A stretch of 64,000 nt of DNA, taken from positions 6,532 to 70,531 of the forward strand of contig WRLU01000007.1 of NCBI GenBank assembly GCA_009777475.1, given 5' to 3'. Every line of letters starts with the position of its first letter. Position 1 is the first letter of the stretch. The notes beneath the pieces are model-generated. The model ran no database searches and was not told where the DNA came from. It was given only the letters and a program-made list of their open reading frames with translations. This DNA is from Oscillospiraceae bacterium. Lineage in GTDB: Bacteria; Bacillota; Clostridia; Oscillospirales; UBA929. This document shows positions 9,774-21,371 of this stretch, piece after piece. The position numbers were made by a program, and so were the translations under genes.

Positions 9774-10880
9774 ATGCGCTGTGTCTGTGAGAGAGAGCTT
9801 CTGAATGAGGCGTTGGGGGCGGCCGTCAGGGCGGTTTCACCCAAGGCTACCATGGATGTGCTGAAGGGAATTCTTTTAAACTGCGAAAACGGAAAATTGA
9901 CCGTTACGGGAAATGATCTTGAAATGGGCATTTCCTCAGTAATTCCCGCCAAGGTCGAGCAAGAAGGTGCCTTTGTGCTTGACAGTCGGATGATTTCCGA
10001 GATAGTACGCCGTGCCTCGGGAGAGGAGGTTGCACTGTCTGTGGATGAACGGTTTACCGCATCGGTTATCTGTGACACGATGTCTTTTGACATAATGGCA
10101 CTGCCCGCGGACAATTACCCTGATTTGCCTGATGTTGCAGAACTTCGCTCCCTTACGCTGTCTCAGGCGTTGCTGAAGTGTCAGCTTACCCAAACCTTGT
10201 TTTCCGTTTCTGAATCCGAGGGCAAGGGCATACACACAGGAGCCTTGTTTGACCTTGAACCGGGCAGGCTGACTATCGTAGCCCTTGACGGTCACAGGAT
10301 GGCCCTGCGGCATGAGGAAATTTCAAATCAGGAGAAATTCAGCTTTGTGATTCCGGGTGCAGCTCTTAAGGAAATTGAAAAAATGCTCTCCTCCGATGAG
10401 GAAAGCGAGGTTACTCTGCATATCGGAAGCAAGCATGTGCTCACAGAATTGTCAGGACAAACGGTTATTTCCCGGCTTTTAGAGGGCGACTTTTTGCAAT
10501 ATAAAAACGCATTGCCTCAGGAATGCTCTTTTTCGGCTGTCTTAGAGGTCAGGCCATTTATTGCCGCACTGGAACGAGTAGGCCTTTTAATTACAGAGCG
10601 GCTTAAAAACCCGGTTAAGCTTTTGTTTTCTGAAAACTCATTGTCTGTTTCGTGCCAAACCTCCCTGGGCAGGGCGCAGGACGATATACCCTCATGGGAG
10701 GCTGGAGAATTGGAAATAGGTTTCAACCACCGCTATCTGCTTGATGCCCTAAAAAAGATGGAGAGTGAACGTTTCCGATTTGAAACATCAGGCCCCCTGT
10801 CCCCCTGCACTCTCCGCCCCGAGGACGATGGCAATGTCGTGTTCATGGTGCTTCCGGTACGCCTTAAGGCTGATTTATGA
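9774..10880 (+). CDS. dnaN: DNA polymerase III beta sliding clamp
   Basis: Position directly after dnaA, a 368-aa size and clamp-like sequence (..LDGHRMA.., ..IGFNHRYLLDAL..). Confidence 0.95.
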   Translation: MRCVCERELLNEALGAAVRAVSPKATMDVLKGILLNCENGKLTVTGNDLEMGISSVIPAKVEQEGAFVLDSRMISEIVRRASGEEVALSVDERFTASVICDTMSFDIMALPADNYPDLPDVAELRSLTLSQALLKCQLTQTLFSVSESEGKGIHTGALFDLEPGRLTIVALDGHRMALRHEEISNQEKFSFVIPGAALKEIEKMLSSDEESEVTLHIGSKHVLTELSGQTVISRLLEGDFLQYKNALPQECSFSAVLEVRPFIAALERVGLLITERLKNPVKLLFSENSLSVSCQTSLGRAQDDIPSWEAGELEIGFNHRYLLDALKKMESERFRFETSGPLSPCTLRPEDDGNVVFMVLPVRLKADL

Positions 10881-11926
10881 CCCTGCAAACCATATCCCTC
10901 CGGTCCTGGCGCAGCTTTGACCATGCAAATTTCTCATTCTATGAGGGTGTCAATGTTATATCAGGGAAAAACGGTACGGGAAAAACAAATCTTTTGGAGA
11001 GTATTTTTTATCTCTCCTGCTGCAGGGGCTTGAAAGGGTCAAAGGAAGCCGACATTATTAACTTTGATGGCAAAGAGGCTGAAGCTCACGCTAGGTTCCT
11101 GTCAGACGGTCGTGAACAAGACATAAGAGCTCTTTTGCGCCGTGGAGCTAAGCGTTCGTTCTGGCTTAACCAATCGGCTTTGCCGTCTCCCCGGCATTTG
11201 ATGGGTGTGTTGCCCGCAGTTTTTTTCCAGCCGGAGGATTTGGGGCTTTTGCGTTCAGGAGCAGCATCCAGAAGAGGGTATATGGATATATCCCTGTGCC
11301 AACTGCACCCGAGATATTTAGAGGCTCTGACTCGTTGCCGCAGGCTCCATGAGGGCAAGCAGAAAATATTGCGTCTTGCCGTGTCAAACCCCTCTTATCT
11401 CAATACCCTGCCCGATTACAATCGCGGACTGTGTGATATGGGGGCAACCCTGACATCCTTTCGTGCCCCCTTTGTTGAGCAGGCGGCGCGTTTGGCACAG
11501 GAACACTACAAAGCCATTTCGGGAAACGGTGAAAGGTTAGAATTTTCCTACCGCACGCAGATGACCAACGCCGATTCAGCGTTTGAGCATATGCAGGAAC
11601 GCCAGGCCGCCGAGCTGGCACGCTGCCAGTGTCTTGTCGGGTCACATAGGGACGATATAGACGTGTTTCTGAATAAACGCTCTGCCAGAGATTTCGGTTC
11701 CCAGGGTCAAACGCGTACCGCTGTCATTGCCATGAAGCTTGCTGTGCGCGATCTGCTGGCACAGGAATTTGGGGAACCACCGCTTTTGCTGCTGGATGAC
11801 GTTCTAAGCGAGCTGGATCAGTCCAGACAAAGGTATTTACTCGACCATACCGGAGGCGGTCAGGTTTTTATAAGCTGCTGCGAGCCGGGAAAGGTAACGT
11901 CAACGGGAAAAAATATAGAGCTGTAG
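10877..11926 (+). CDS. recF: DNA replication/repair protein RecF
   Basis: Walker A GKNGTGKTNLLESI and LLLDDVLSELD. ATGA overlap with dnaN. Confidence 0.95.
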   Translation: MTLQTISLRSWRSFDHANFSFYEGVNVISGKNGTGKTNLLESIFYLSCCRGLKGSKEADIINFDGKEAEAHARFLSDGREQDIRALLRRGAKRSFWLNQSALPSPRHLMGVLPAVFFQPEDLGLLRSGAASRRGYMDISLCQLHPRYLEALTRCRRLHEGKQKILRLAVSNPSYLNTLPDYNRGLCDMGATLTSFRAPFVEQAARLAQEHYKAISGNGERLEFSYRTQMTNADSAFEHMQERQAAELARCQCLVGSHRDDIDVFLNKRSARDFGSQGQTRTAVIAMKLAVRDLLAQEFGEPPLLLLDDVLSELDQSRQRYLLDHTGGGQVFISCCEPGKVTSTGKNIEL

Positions 11927-12001
11927 TTTAAATTGAGGGCTGTGCTAAGTCAAAATACTCGGAATGTCCGGAAGAACAGCGGTAAAGGAGAGATTCACGC
12001 A

Positions 12002-12256
12002 ATGTACCTTCACATAGGACAAAATGCCATATTGCAAACACAAGATATTATCGGCATATTTGATTTAGACAATTCCTCCAGGGGAAAGGATACTCGGAAT
12101 TTACTTGCAAAAAGCGAGCGGGAGGGAAAGGTATACGCCTCGGGTGGGGCTTTGCCCAGAAGCTTTGTCCTTTTAGCTGACGGTGCGGTTTATTTAACTC
12201 CGATTTCAACCGCTACTATCGTCAAAAGGCGAGGAAAATCAATTGATAATTATTAA
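12002..12256 (+). CDS. DUF370 protein (YaaB/RemB-like)
   Basis: Conserved recF-gyrB position. MYLHIGQNAILQTQDIIGIFDL... and ..SFVLLADGAVYLTPISTATIVKR are DUF370-like. ATG at 12002 has RBS AAAGGAGAG. Confidence 0.8.
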   Translation: MYLHIGQNAILQTQDIIGIFDLDNSSRGKDTRNLLAKSEREGKVYASGGALPRSFVLLADGAVYLTPISTATIVKRRGKSIDNY

Positions 12257-12270
12257 ACTATACAAAATAG

Positions 12271-14208
<1,938 letters not shown>

Positions 14209-14288
14209 AGGAAGAAATAAACCATGCTGTCTTATCATGCGGACGGAAAAGTGCCGGTAACTTGGATGCGTAAAGGGAGGGGAACCGC

Positions 14289-15431
14289 TTGAATAAAGGT
14301 ATGTTGTTTTTTATACCCGCATTAATTTTAGGTTTGCTTATGACCCTAAGCTCCTGTGATGACCCCTATCCCTTGGAGGCAACGCCATACGGCGAGCCTG
14401 ACAGGCGTGGTTCATGGTCTCAAATCGACCAGCAAATAGACCGCCCCTATGACTGGAGGCAAATCGTGCAGGACAGTGAGTTTCAATTGGGCGAAAGTGT
14501 ACCGGACTCAAGCCTGGGGGAAATGGGAAGTTCGGGGTATGACCCATACAGAGAGATGTTCGGCACATACCCGCGCATTGACGGCTCAACTGTGGCTCTC
14601 CCCATGGCTTTGGAGTTTGCCCGGCAGCATTTAGAGCTTTCTGATGTGAAATCCGAGTCATTCGTCCGTTTTCAAACAACACACAACGCTTATGCAGAAT
14701 TGATTACAGGCAATCCTATTGAAGGAAGTCTGTATTCATCATATCCCTGGAGAATTAAGGGTGACAATAAAGAGTTCTTCCTTGACCCTGACCATCCTGT
14801 TGACATTATCTTAGCGACTGAGCCGTCTGATGAAGAGCTGGCTTTAGCCAGGGAAAACAACGTAGCCCTGCTGAAAGAGCCTGTATGCTGGGATGCCTTT
14901 GTGTTTATCACACACAAGGACAACCCTGTAAAGAGCCTGACCGTTGAGCAAATTCGGAAAATCTACACAGGCGAAATCACCAATTGGAAGTCATCGGGCG
15001 GCCAAGACAAAGAAATTACCGCCTATCAGAGGGAGAAAAATTCGGGAAGCCAGACCGCTATGGAAAACCTTGTAATGCAGGGGGAGCAGATGGCGGAGCC
15101 GCCCATGGTAATTCCTGTGCTGGAAATGTCAAAGATGGTTGAGGCTATTGCCGAGGAATATCAGAACGACTCCGCCAGCATAGGCTACACCTACAAATAT
15201 TACATTGATGAACTATACAAAAACGAAAACATCAAAATCCTGCAAATCAACGGCATAGAGCCGTCTAACGAAAACATCCGGGGCAAAGCCTATCCCTTTA
15301 CTGTCAATTACTACGGCGTTATCCGGGATACCGACAGGGACAAAACCGGCGGTAAATTTTTAGACTGGATACTGTCGCAAGAGGGGCAGAGATGCGTTGC
15401 CCAGGTGGGGTATATACCGCTGAAGGACTGA
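14289..15431 (+). CDS. PstS-like (PBP type 2) substrate-binding lipoprotein
   Basis: Lipobox LSSC after a hydrophobic leader. LTVEQIRKIYTGEITNWKSSGG...ITAYQREKNSGSQ is typical of phosphate-binding-protein-like domains. The start (TTG 14289 or ATG 14301) is uncertain. Confidence 0.7.
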   Translation: MNKGMLFFIPALILGLLMTLSSCDDPYPLEATPYGEPDRRGSWSQIDQQIDRPYDWRQIVQDSEFQLGESVPDSSLGEMGSSGYDPYREMFGTYPRIDGSTVALPMALEFARQHLELSDVKSESFVRFQTTHNAYAELITGNPIEGSLYSSYPWRIKGDNKEFFLDPDHPVDIILATEPSDEELALARENNVALLKEPVCWDAFVFITHKDNPVKSLTVEQIRKIYTGEITNWKSSGGQDKEITAYQREKNSGSQTAMENLVMQGEQMAEPPMVIPVLEMSKMVEAIAEEYQNDSASIGYTYKYYIDELYKNENIKILQINGIEPSNENIRGKAYPFTVNYYGVIRDTDRDKTGGKFLDWILSQEGQRCVAQVGYIPLKD

Positions 15432-15479
15432 GTGCTACAGACAGCGAAATAAGCTTGCAACCGAGAGGAGAAATAAGTA

Positions 15480-17981
15480 ATGTCAGACAAACACACCGGA
15501 CAAGAACATGAAAACGTAAGTTTTGAGAATCAAAAAATCATACCTGTCGATTTAGAGAGGGAAATGCGAACGGCATTTCTGCAATACTCTATGTCGGTCA
15601 TAACCTCGCGGGCACTTCCCGATGTGCGGGATGGGCTGAAGCCGGTACACAGGCGCATACTCTACACCATGCACGAGGAAAACCTGACGCCGGACAAGCC
15701 CTTCCGCAAGTCTGCAACTGCAGTAGGCGATGTGCTGGGACGGTACCATCCCCACGGCGACCAGTCTGTCTATGATGCACTTGTGCGTATGGCCCAGCCA
15801 TTTTCCATGCGGCATATGCTGATTGACGGCCACGGAAACTTCGGTTCGGTGGACGGCGACCCTCCCGCGGCCTACAGATACACCGAGGCACGCATGAGCA
15901 AGCTTGCGGTGGAAATGCTGCGTTACATTGAAAAGGAAACGGTGGACTTTATACCTAACTATGACGGCTCACGCAAAGAGCCGACAGTCTTACCCTGCCT
16001 CTTTCCCAATCTGCTAGTCAACGGATCTTCGGGAATAGCGGTTGGCATGGCAACTAATATACCACCGCATAACTTAAAGGAAACAGTCGGGGCTATCCTG
16101 TGTGTGATTGACAACGAAGAAGCCGAACTCGAGGATTTGATGGAACATCTGAGCGGTCCGGATTTCCCGACTGCCGGTCAGATTTACGGAAAGGCTGGCA
16201 TACGGCAGGCGTATTCATCCGGCAGGGGCAAGGTGCGTGTACGAGCTAAGGCAGAAATAGAAGAATATAAAAATAAGATGCGTATTGTTGTAAGCGAGCT
16301 TCCCTACCAGGTCAACAAGGCGGAGCTTGTAAAGCATATCGGCACACTGGCACAGAGCAAACAACTCGAGGGCATTTCCGCCCTGCGCGATGAGTCCGGG
16401 CGTGCCGGCATGAAAATTGTCATTGACCTAAAGCGGGATGCCAATGCGCAAGTAGTTCTAAACAAATTATACGCACAAACCAGAATGCAGACAACCTTTG
16501 CCATTAACATGATTGCGCTAGTTGGCGGACAGCCCATGACATTGGGGCTGAGGCCTATTTTAGACCATTACATCGCCCATCAAAAGGAAGTCATCTGCCG
16601 CCGCACAGAGTATGATCTGCGCCGTGCCTTGGAACGTATGCACCTTTTGGAGGGCCTGAAAATAGCGGTTGACAACATTGATGAGGTAATTAAAATCATC
16701 CGCTCAAGCTATAACAATGCTAAATCGCGCCTGATGGAGCGTTTTGGCCTGTCGGATGTACAGGGTCAGGCTATCGTGGATATGCGGCTGGGAAGGCTGC
16801 AGGGACTTGAAATTGAAAAATTACAGGCTGAAATAGACTCTTTGGCGTTAGCAATTGTGGATTACCGTGATATTTTAGCTAAAGACGAGAGAGTAAAGGA
16901 TATTTTACGCAATGAGCTGACGACCCTTTCTGAAAGGTTTGGGAATGTCAGGCGTACCGAAATCGTTGATAATGAAGACGAAATTGATTTAGAGGATTTA
17001 ATAGAGCGTGAGGACTGTGTGTACACATTGACCCAAGTTGGATACATGAAGCGTACTCCCCGCTCAATCTACCGCTCCCAGAGGCGGGGCGGCAGGGGCG
17101 TTGCAGGTCAGACGGTGAGAGATGAAGATTACATCAAGGAATTGTTTGTCGCGAGTACCCATGACGACATTTATTTTTTCACCACCTCCGGGCGTATGTT
17201 CAAAAAACGAGGCTATCACGTGCCCGAGGCATCCCGTACGGCAAAGGGGCTGAATTTGGCAAACCTTCTCCCTCTTGAGGCCGATGAAACAGTTACCTCT
17301 GTTATCCCGATGGGGGATGATGAAGAGGTGGGCTACCTATTCTTCGCAACTAAACACGGTATTGTTAAGCGTACACGCATGGATTTGTTTGCATCTGCCG
17401 GACGGAAATCCGGCTTGCGCGCGGTTAGCCTTGATGAGGGCGATGAGCTTATCGGTGTACGCAAAACCGATGGCAATCAGGATATGCTGCTTGCAACCCG
17501 GGGCGGGCTTGCCATTTGCTTCAATGAAACCGGTGTTAGGGAGGTAGGGCGATCTGCCCGGGGAGTTATCGGCATACGTTTGCTTGAAGACGACTATGTG
17601 ATCGACTTGGCGTGTGCAAGGGCAGGTGCCGAGTTGCTGACTGTAACCGAAAACGGTTTCGGCAAGCGTACCCATATCGATGAATACAAGCGTGGCGGCG
17701 AGGCCCAAAACCGTGGCGGCAAGGGCTTAAAAAACCAGAATTTAACTGAACAAACCGGCAAGGTCGCCGGAGTGCGGGTTGTCGATGAGGACGACGACAT
17801 TATGTTCATCTCAGACGATGGCGTAATTATTAGAACAGCCGTTGCTGGAATCCGCCGTTGCTCAAGAACCTCAAAAGGTGTTATACTCATGCGTTTAGCC
17901 AAGGGCGCAAGAGTAATAACCTTAGCACGTACATTCAAAGAAGAAGAAGAAGAAGAGGAGCAGGAAATCCACGAGGAATAA
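15480..17981 (+). CDS. gyrA: DNA gyrase subunit A
   Basis: [29 protein letters not shown] (active-site Tyr region), a C-terminal beta-pinwheel and an acidic tail. Confidence 0.97.
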   Translation: MSDKHTGQEHENVSFENQKIIPVDLEREMRTAFLQYSMSVITSRALPDVRDGLKPVHRRILYTMHEENLTPDKPFRKSATAVGDVLGRYHPHGDQSVYDALVRMAQPFSMRHMLIDGHGNFGSVDGDPPAAYRYTEARMSKLAVEMLRYIEKETVDFIPNYDGSRKEPTVLPCLFPNLLVNGSSGIAVGMATNIPPHNLKETVGAILCVIDNEEAELEDLMEHLSGPDFPTAGQIYGKAGIRQAYSSGRGKVRVRAKAEIEEYKNKMRIVVSELPYQVNKAELVKHIGTLAQSKQLEGISALRDESGRAGMKIVIDLKRDANAQVVLNKLYAQTRMQTTFAINMIALVGGQPMTLGLRPILDHYIAHQKEVICRRTEYDLRRALERMHLLEGLKIAVDNIDEVIKIIRSSYNNAKSRLMERFGLSDVQGQAIVDMRLGRLQGLEIEKLQAEIDSLALAIVDYRDILAKDERVKDILRNELTTLSERFGNVRRTEIVDNEDEIDLEDLIEREDCVYTLTQVGYMKRTPRSIYRSQRRGGRGVAGQTVRDEDYIKELFVASTHDDIYFFTTSGRMFKKRGYHVPEASRTAKGLNLANLLPLEADETVTSVIPMGDDEEVGYLFFATKHGIVKRTRMDLFASAGRKSGLRAVSLDEGDELIGVRKTDGNQDMLLATRGGLAICFNETGVREVGRSARGVIGIRLLEDDYVIDLACARAGAELLTVTENGFGKRTHIDEYKRGGEAQNRGGKGLKNQNLTEQTGKVAGVRVVDEDDDIMFISDDGVIIRTAVAGIRRCSRTSKGVILMRLAKGARVITLARTFKEEEEEEEQEIHEE

Positions 17982-18165
17982 TGCCGGGTACCATGCCCCT
18001 CTCTGTCACGGCACGGCAAATATATAAAGCAATTAAATCCAGGAGTAAATCTGTATATATCACGAAAAGGTGGGCGTTAGTTGCTTTTATATTGAGGAGG
18101 CTACCAAAAGCGTTTTACATAAAATGGTTTTGGTTTGCTGTACACTACATAGCATAAGCAGAACA

Positions 18166-18200
18166 TAATGGACAGAGCGGTTAAGTGCCGCTCTGTCCAT
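18166..18200 (+). terminator. Stem-loop downstream of gyrA
   Basis: AATGGACAGAGCGG - TTAAGTG - CCGCTCTGTCCATT. There is no clear U-tract. Confidence 0.45.
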
Positions 18201-18338
18201 TAGTCAGATTATCGACATCAATCAAGGCAACCGTTTCTTTTTCTTACGTTCGGCTTTCACCCTGTGGTAGTAGCCCTGTGCTTTATGCCAAGGTGCTGGC
18301 CGAAGTTAAGAATCAATTAAAAGAAATTTCAAAAATCT

Positions 18339-18366
18339 TGTAACGAAATCGAAATTGCTCCGTCTA
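18339..18366 (+). promoter_or_regulatory. ECF-type (autoregulated) promoter
   Basis: TGTAAC, a 16-nt spacer, then CGTCTA. This matches the AAC-N16-CGT architecture of ECF sigma promoters and lies directly upstream of the ECF sigma gene. Confidence 0.55.
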
Positions 18367-18399
18367 ATCGTTGAACCCAAATCGAAGGGAGGTGATGAT

Positions 18400-18879
18400 G
18401 TGGAAGCAGAATTTGAACAGCTATACAATTCCTACTATATGCAAGTTTATTCATTCGTGATGACGCTTGCAAAGAATCGGGATTTGTCCGAAGAAGTCAC
18501 GCAGAAGACTTTTTTCAAAGCGATGACTACCGACAAAAAACATCGCAGAGGCTCGTCCGAATTTACTTGGCTGTGCGCCATAGCAAAGAATCTAATGACT
18601 GATGAGTTCAGGGCGCAGAAAAAGACAAGCGAATTTAGTCAAGATGTCATTTCTGACAGCAGTTTTGAAGACGCTATGATTGATGAAGAGTCCGCTTTTC
18701 GTATACATCAGGCGCTTCATAACTTGGATGAGCCGTATAAAGAAGTGTTTGGGCTTCGGGTTTTTGGTGAGTTGAGCTTTAAGAAAATCGGTTTGCTGTT
18801 TGGTAAGACGGAAAACTGGGCGCGCATTACATATCATCGCGCCCGGCTGAAAATTCAAGAAAGGATGGATGAGAAGTGA
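18400..18879 (+). CDS. ECF (sigma-70 family) RNA polymerase sigma factor
   Basis: Region 2 (..YNSYYMQVYSFVMTL..EEVTQKTFFKA) and region 4 (..FGLRVFGELSFKKIGLLFGKTENWARITYHRARLKI). GTG at 18400 lies 7 nt after AAGGGAGG. Confidence 0.85.
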   Translation: MEAEFEQLYNSYYMQVYSFVMTLAKNRDLSEEVTQKTFFKAMTTDKKHRRGSSEFTWLCAIAKNLMTDEFRAQKKTSEFSQDVISDSSFEDAMIDEESAFRIHQALHNLDEPYKEVFGLRVFGELSFKKIGLLFGKTENWARITYHRARLKIQERMDEK

Positions 18880-19856
18880 AGATTTCGTGCGATGTTGCAA
18901 GGGATTTATTACCCCTTTATCATGATGCCGTTTGCAGCAGCGGCAGCAAGCAGCTTTTGGAGGAGCATTTGGCTGATTGTGATTCATGCAAATCCATGTT
19001 GGCGAAAATTAGGGACAACACGATTGATAACCGGATTAAACACGAGTGCGGGGATGTCGTTGGTCATCACACTAAAGCTGTAAAGCGAAAATCATTCACC
19101 ACCGGGGTTAGCATTGCAGGCATCTTGACGATTCCGATTCTGGTCTGCCTAATCGTAAACCTCGCCGTCGGGCGCGCGCTGGATTGGTTTTTTATCGTGC
19201 TGACCTCGCTGATGACGCTGGCCTCGGTTACGGTCGTTCCGCTCGTCTGCGAAAAAAAAAGAGGCTTATGGACACTAGGCAGCTTCATAGGGAGCTTGAT
19301 TGCGCTTTTGATGACCTGCGCCATATACACAGGAGGGGACTGGTTCTTTGTCGCAGCTATATCAATTCTGTTTGGGGTTTGCATCCTGTTTGCGCCGTAT
19401 GTGTTGAGCCAATTGCCCTTGTCGGGCATCGCATCACGCCATAAGGGGTTTATAGCTATGGCGCTGGATACAGTGTTGCTGTTTGCCGTTATTGTTGCAA
19501 GTGGGTTGTATGTCGGAGCAGACGTGTTTGCCGATTGGCATCTTGGCCTCTTATCTGCGATTGTCGCATTAGCGCTCCCTTGGGGGTTGTTCCTGATAAT
19601 CCGCTATGTCAAAACAAACGCACTTTTGAGAGCCGGACTGTCAACTATTTCCAGCGGGTTGTTCATGTCCTACGGACTTGGCTTGATGGACTGGATATTG
19701 GAAGGCACAGTTCCATACCGTTTCAGCGGTGCCAACCTATTTGTCTGGAACGATGCTACGATAAATCCTAATATCTTTCTTTTGGCTTTGCTTTCCAGTT
19801 TAGTCGTTGGCGGTATACTCAGCCTTGTCGGGTTGCTACGGAATAAGAAAGAGTGA
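18876..19856 (+). CDS. Anti-sigma factor (zf-HC2) with a polytopic membrane domain
   Basis: GTGA overlap with the sigma gene. N-terminal H..C...C..C motif (LEEHLADCDSCKSML) followed by multiple hydrophobic segments. Confidence 0.7.
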   Translation: MKISCDVARDLLPLYHDAVCSSGSKQLLEEHLADCDSCKSMLAKIRDNTIDNRIKHECGDVVGHHTKAVKRKSFTTGVSIAGILTIPILVCLIVNLAVGRALDWFFIVLTSLMTLASVTVVPLVCEKKRGLWTLGSFIGSLIALLMTCAIYTGGDWFFVAAISILFGVCILFAPYVLSQLPLSGIASRHKGFIAMALDTVLLFAVIVASGLYVGADVFADWHLGLLSAIVALALPWGLFLIIRYVKTNALLRAGLSTISSGLFMSYGLGLMDWILEGTVPYRFSGANLFVWNDATINPNIFLLALLSSLVVGGILSLVGLLRNKKE

Positions 19857-19867
19857 GGGCGTGTATA

Positions 19868-19960
19868 ATGATGAATCTTACGATTAACGGTATATCCAAA
19901 AGATACGGAAAAGCGCAGACTTTGTCCGATTGCAACTTGAGTATTTGCTGGCGGCTTTAA
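19868..19960 (+). pseudogene. 30-codon N-terminal remnant of an ABC-transporter ATPase
   Basis: MMNLTINGISKRYGKAQTLSDCNLSI reads like the standard ABC ATPase N-terminus. It stops before the Walker A motif. Confidence 0.45.
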
Positions 19961-20130
19961 ACTCAATTATGACGGCCTTCACCTTGAGTTTTTCATTTTC
20001 TGCAATCAACTTTTGGTTGTGATTGAATAAATCTTTTTCGTAATTCCCAGCCAAAGCCTCGCCGCCTTTTATGATTAAATTGCACCACAAAGCACCTGGA
20101 AAATCAATGGGTCATCAATAAAAACTCAGA

Positions 20131-20152
20131 TTTTATGCGGGTTTTATGCGGG
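20131..20152. repeat. Tandem 11-mer duplication
   Basis: TTTTATGCGGG occurs twice in tandem and is followed by a partial third unit. Confidence 0.8.
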
Positions 20153-20289
20153 TTTTTGGATGTTGTAGACATCATGCTTTGGCACTTGCTTTTTATGGAC
20201 TCATGCCCTTGCTCTGCTATAGATCGAAGCCCGGGCTAGCTGAGTAGTAACGAATAGTTAGATTGACGTGATTTTTTTGCAACAAAGTA

Positions 20290-20318
20290 TTGTATATTTT
20301 TTTGCTGTGTGCTATAAT
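20290..20318 (+). promoter_or_regulatory. Sigma-A promoter of the tRNA-His/tRNA-Gln pair
   Basis: TTGTAT, a 17-nt spacer, then TGC-TATAAT (extended -10). Confidence 0.65.
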
Positions 20319-20361
20319 GCCCTCAGTGTTTTTGCTTTGGGCTTGAGCGCGAGGGCCTTGT

Positions 20362-20439
20362 GGTGGATGTAGTTCAGTTGGTTAGAGCACCAGTTTGTGG
20401 CACTGGAAGTCGCCGGTTCGAATCCGGTCATCCACCCCA
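20362..20439 (+). tRNA. tRNA-His (anticodon GUG) with encoded G-1
   Basis: G-1 plus acceptor GTGGATG/CATCCAC, anticodon loop UUGUGGC, T-arm GCCGGTTCGAATCCGGT, discriminator C and CCA. Confidence 0.95.
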
Positions 20440-20451
20440 TATCTTGTTTAT

Positions 20452-20526
20452 TGGGCTGTCGCCAAGCGGTAAGGCACCAGACTTTGACTCTGGCATTCGT
20501 AGGTTCAAATCCTGCCAGCCCAGCCA
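20452..20526 (+). tRNA. tRNA-Gln (anticodon UUG)
   Basis: Acceptor TGGGCTG/CAGCCCA, anticodon loop CUUUGAC, T-loop GGTTCAAATCC and CCA. Confidence 0.95.
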
Positions 20527-20534
20527 CTTAAATT

Positions 20535-20565
20535 CCCTGTGACTTCAAGGGTTACAGGGTTTTTT
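20535..20565 (+). terminator. Intrinsic terminator after tRNA-Gln
   Basis: CCCTGT...ACAGGG stem followed by TTTTTT. Confidence 0.75.
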
Positions 20566-20677
20566 CTATCCCTCGTTCTGCAACCTCCAAAACCCCTCTT
20601 GACCCCCGCAAACACCCTTTTTACCCTGTCTCTCGGGGTCAAGCTGGGGGTCAGACCCCGACCCAAACAACAAAACA

Positions 20678-20704
20678 AGCGGCACCCTCTTTTCGGGTGC
20701 CGCT
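20678..20704 (-). terminator. Intrinsic terminator of the XRE gene
   Basis: AGCGGCACCC / GGGTGCCGCT stem. The minus strand continues TGTTTTGTTGTTT. Confidence 0.7.
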
Positions 20705-20741
20705 CTTTCTATCACACAATCGCCCCTTGCCGGGTCAAGTG

Positions 20742-20990
20742 CTAAGGTTTAGAGTTGCCGTTTTTTGTCTTGGTGCGTGGGTTCGGGTTTTCTTCACGGA
20801 TAAGTAGGTCAGACACCTCGCACCCCAACGCCTCACAGATTAGGTCTAGGTGGTCGAGCTTCACACGCTCCCCCAATTCGTTATACATATCTCCGATGGT
20901 GCTGGGGCGGATGCCTGTTGATCTGGATAGGTCTGCTTGTGTCCACCGAACTTCGCCAAGCCGGGCGGACAACAGGATTCTGATAGCCAT
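20742..20990 (-). CDS. XRE-family helix-turn-helix transcriptional regulator (82 aa)
   Basis: MAIRILLSARLGEVRWTQADLSRSTGIRPSTIGDMYN...LDLICEALGCEVSDLL is a classic Cro/C1-type HTH. ATG at 20990 has RBS GAAGGGAG. Confidence 0.85.
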   Translation of the reverse strand: MAIRILLSARLGEVRWTQADLSRSTGIRPSTIGDMYNELGERVKLDHLDLICEALGCEVSDLLIREENPNPRTKTKNGNSKP

Positions 20991-21100
20991 AATCTTGCTC
21001 CCTTCAAATAATTTAGCACGGATGATAAAATAAAGGGGCAATTTGTGAGATAATCTCATTTTCCATCATAGCCTATGTCAATTGCTATCGATTTTTCTAT

Positions 21101-21150
21101 GAAAACGACAAAACGCCCTGCATTCCGCACAAAAGGCAAAATACAGGGCG
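21101..21150 (-). terminator. Terminator between the 47-aa ORF and the XRE gene
   Basis: CGCCCTG / CAGGGCG stem. The minus strand then reads TTTTGTCGTTTTC. Confidence 0.5.
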
Positions 21151-21165
21151 ATATAGGAATTTTAT

Positions 21166-21309
21166 TCACTTTTCGCCGATGGCGGCAACCTCGGCTTTGC
21201 CGAATATGCCCTCAACCTCGTGTGCAAGGCTCACAATATGTTCGAGCTTGGCGATGATGTCATCCAAACCCTCCTCGCTGAATTCAAGAACGGATTTTAT
21301 TTTGCTCAT
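21166..21309 (-). CDS. Unlisted 47-aa acidic hypothetical protein
   Basis: MSKIKSVLEFSEEGLDDIIAKLEHIVSLAHEVEGIFGKAEVAAIGEK. ATG at 21309 lies 7 nt after GAGGGGGGTG. It is below the ORF-track size cutoff. Confidence 0.5.
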   Translation of the reverse strand: MSKIKSVLEFSEEGLDDIIAKLEHIVSLAHEVEGIFGKAEVAAIGEK

Positions 21310-21330
21310 CTGTGTTCACCCCCCTCAAAA

Positions 21331-21362
21331 GCACAAACCGCCCCAGCGGAGCGGTCTGGTTT
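21331..21362 (-). terminator. Second terminator-like hairpin just upstream of the 47-aa ORF RBS
   Basis: Minus strand ACCGC..GCGGT stem followed by TTGTGCTTTT. Confidence 0.4.
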
Positions 21363-21371
21363 ATTGATAAA

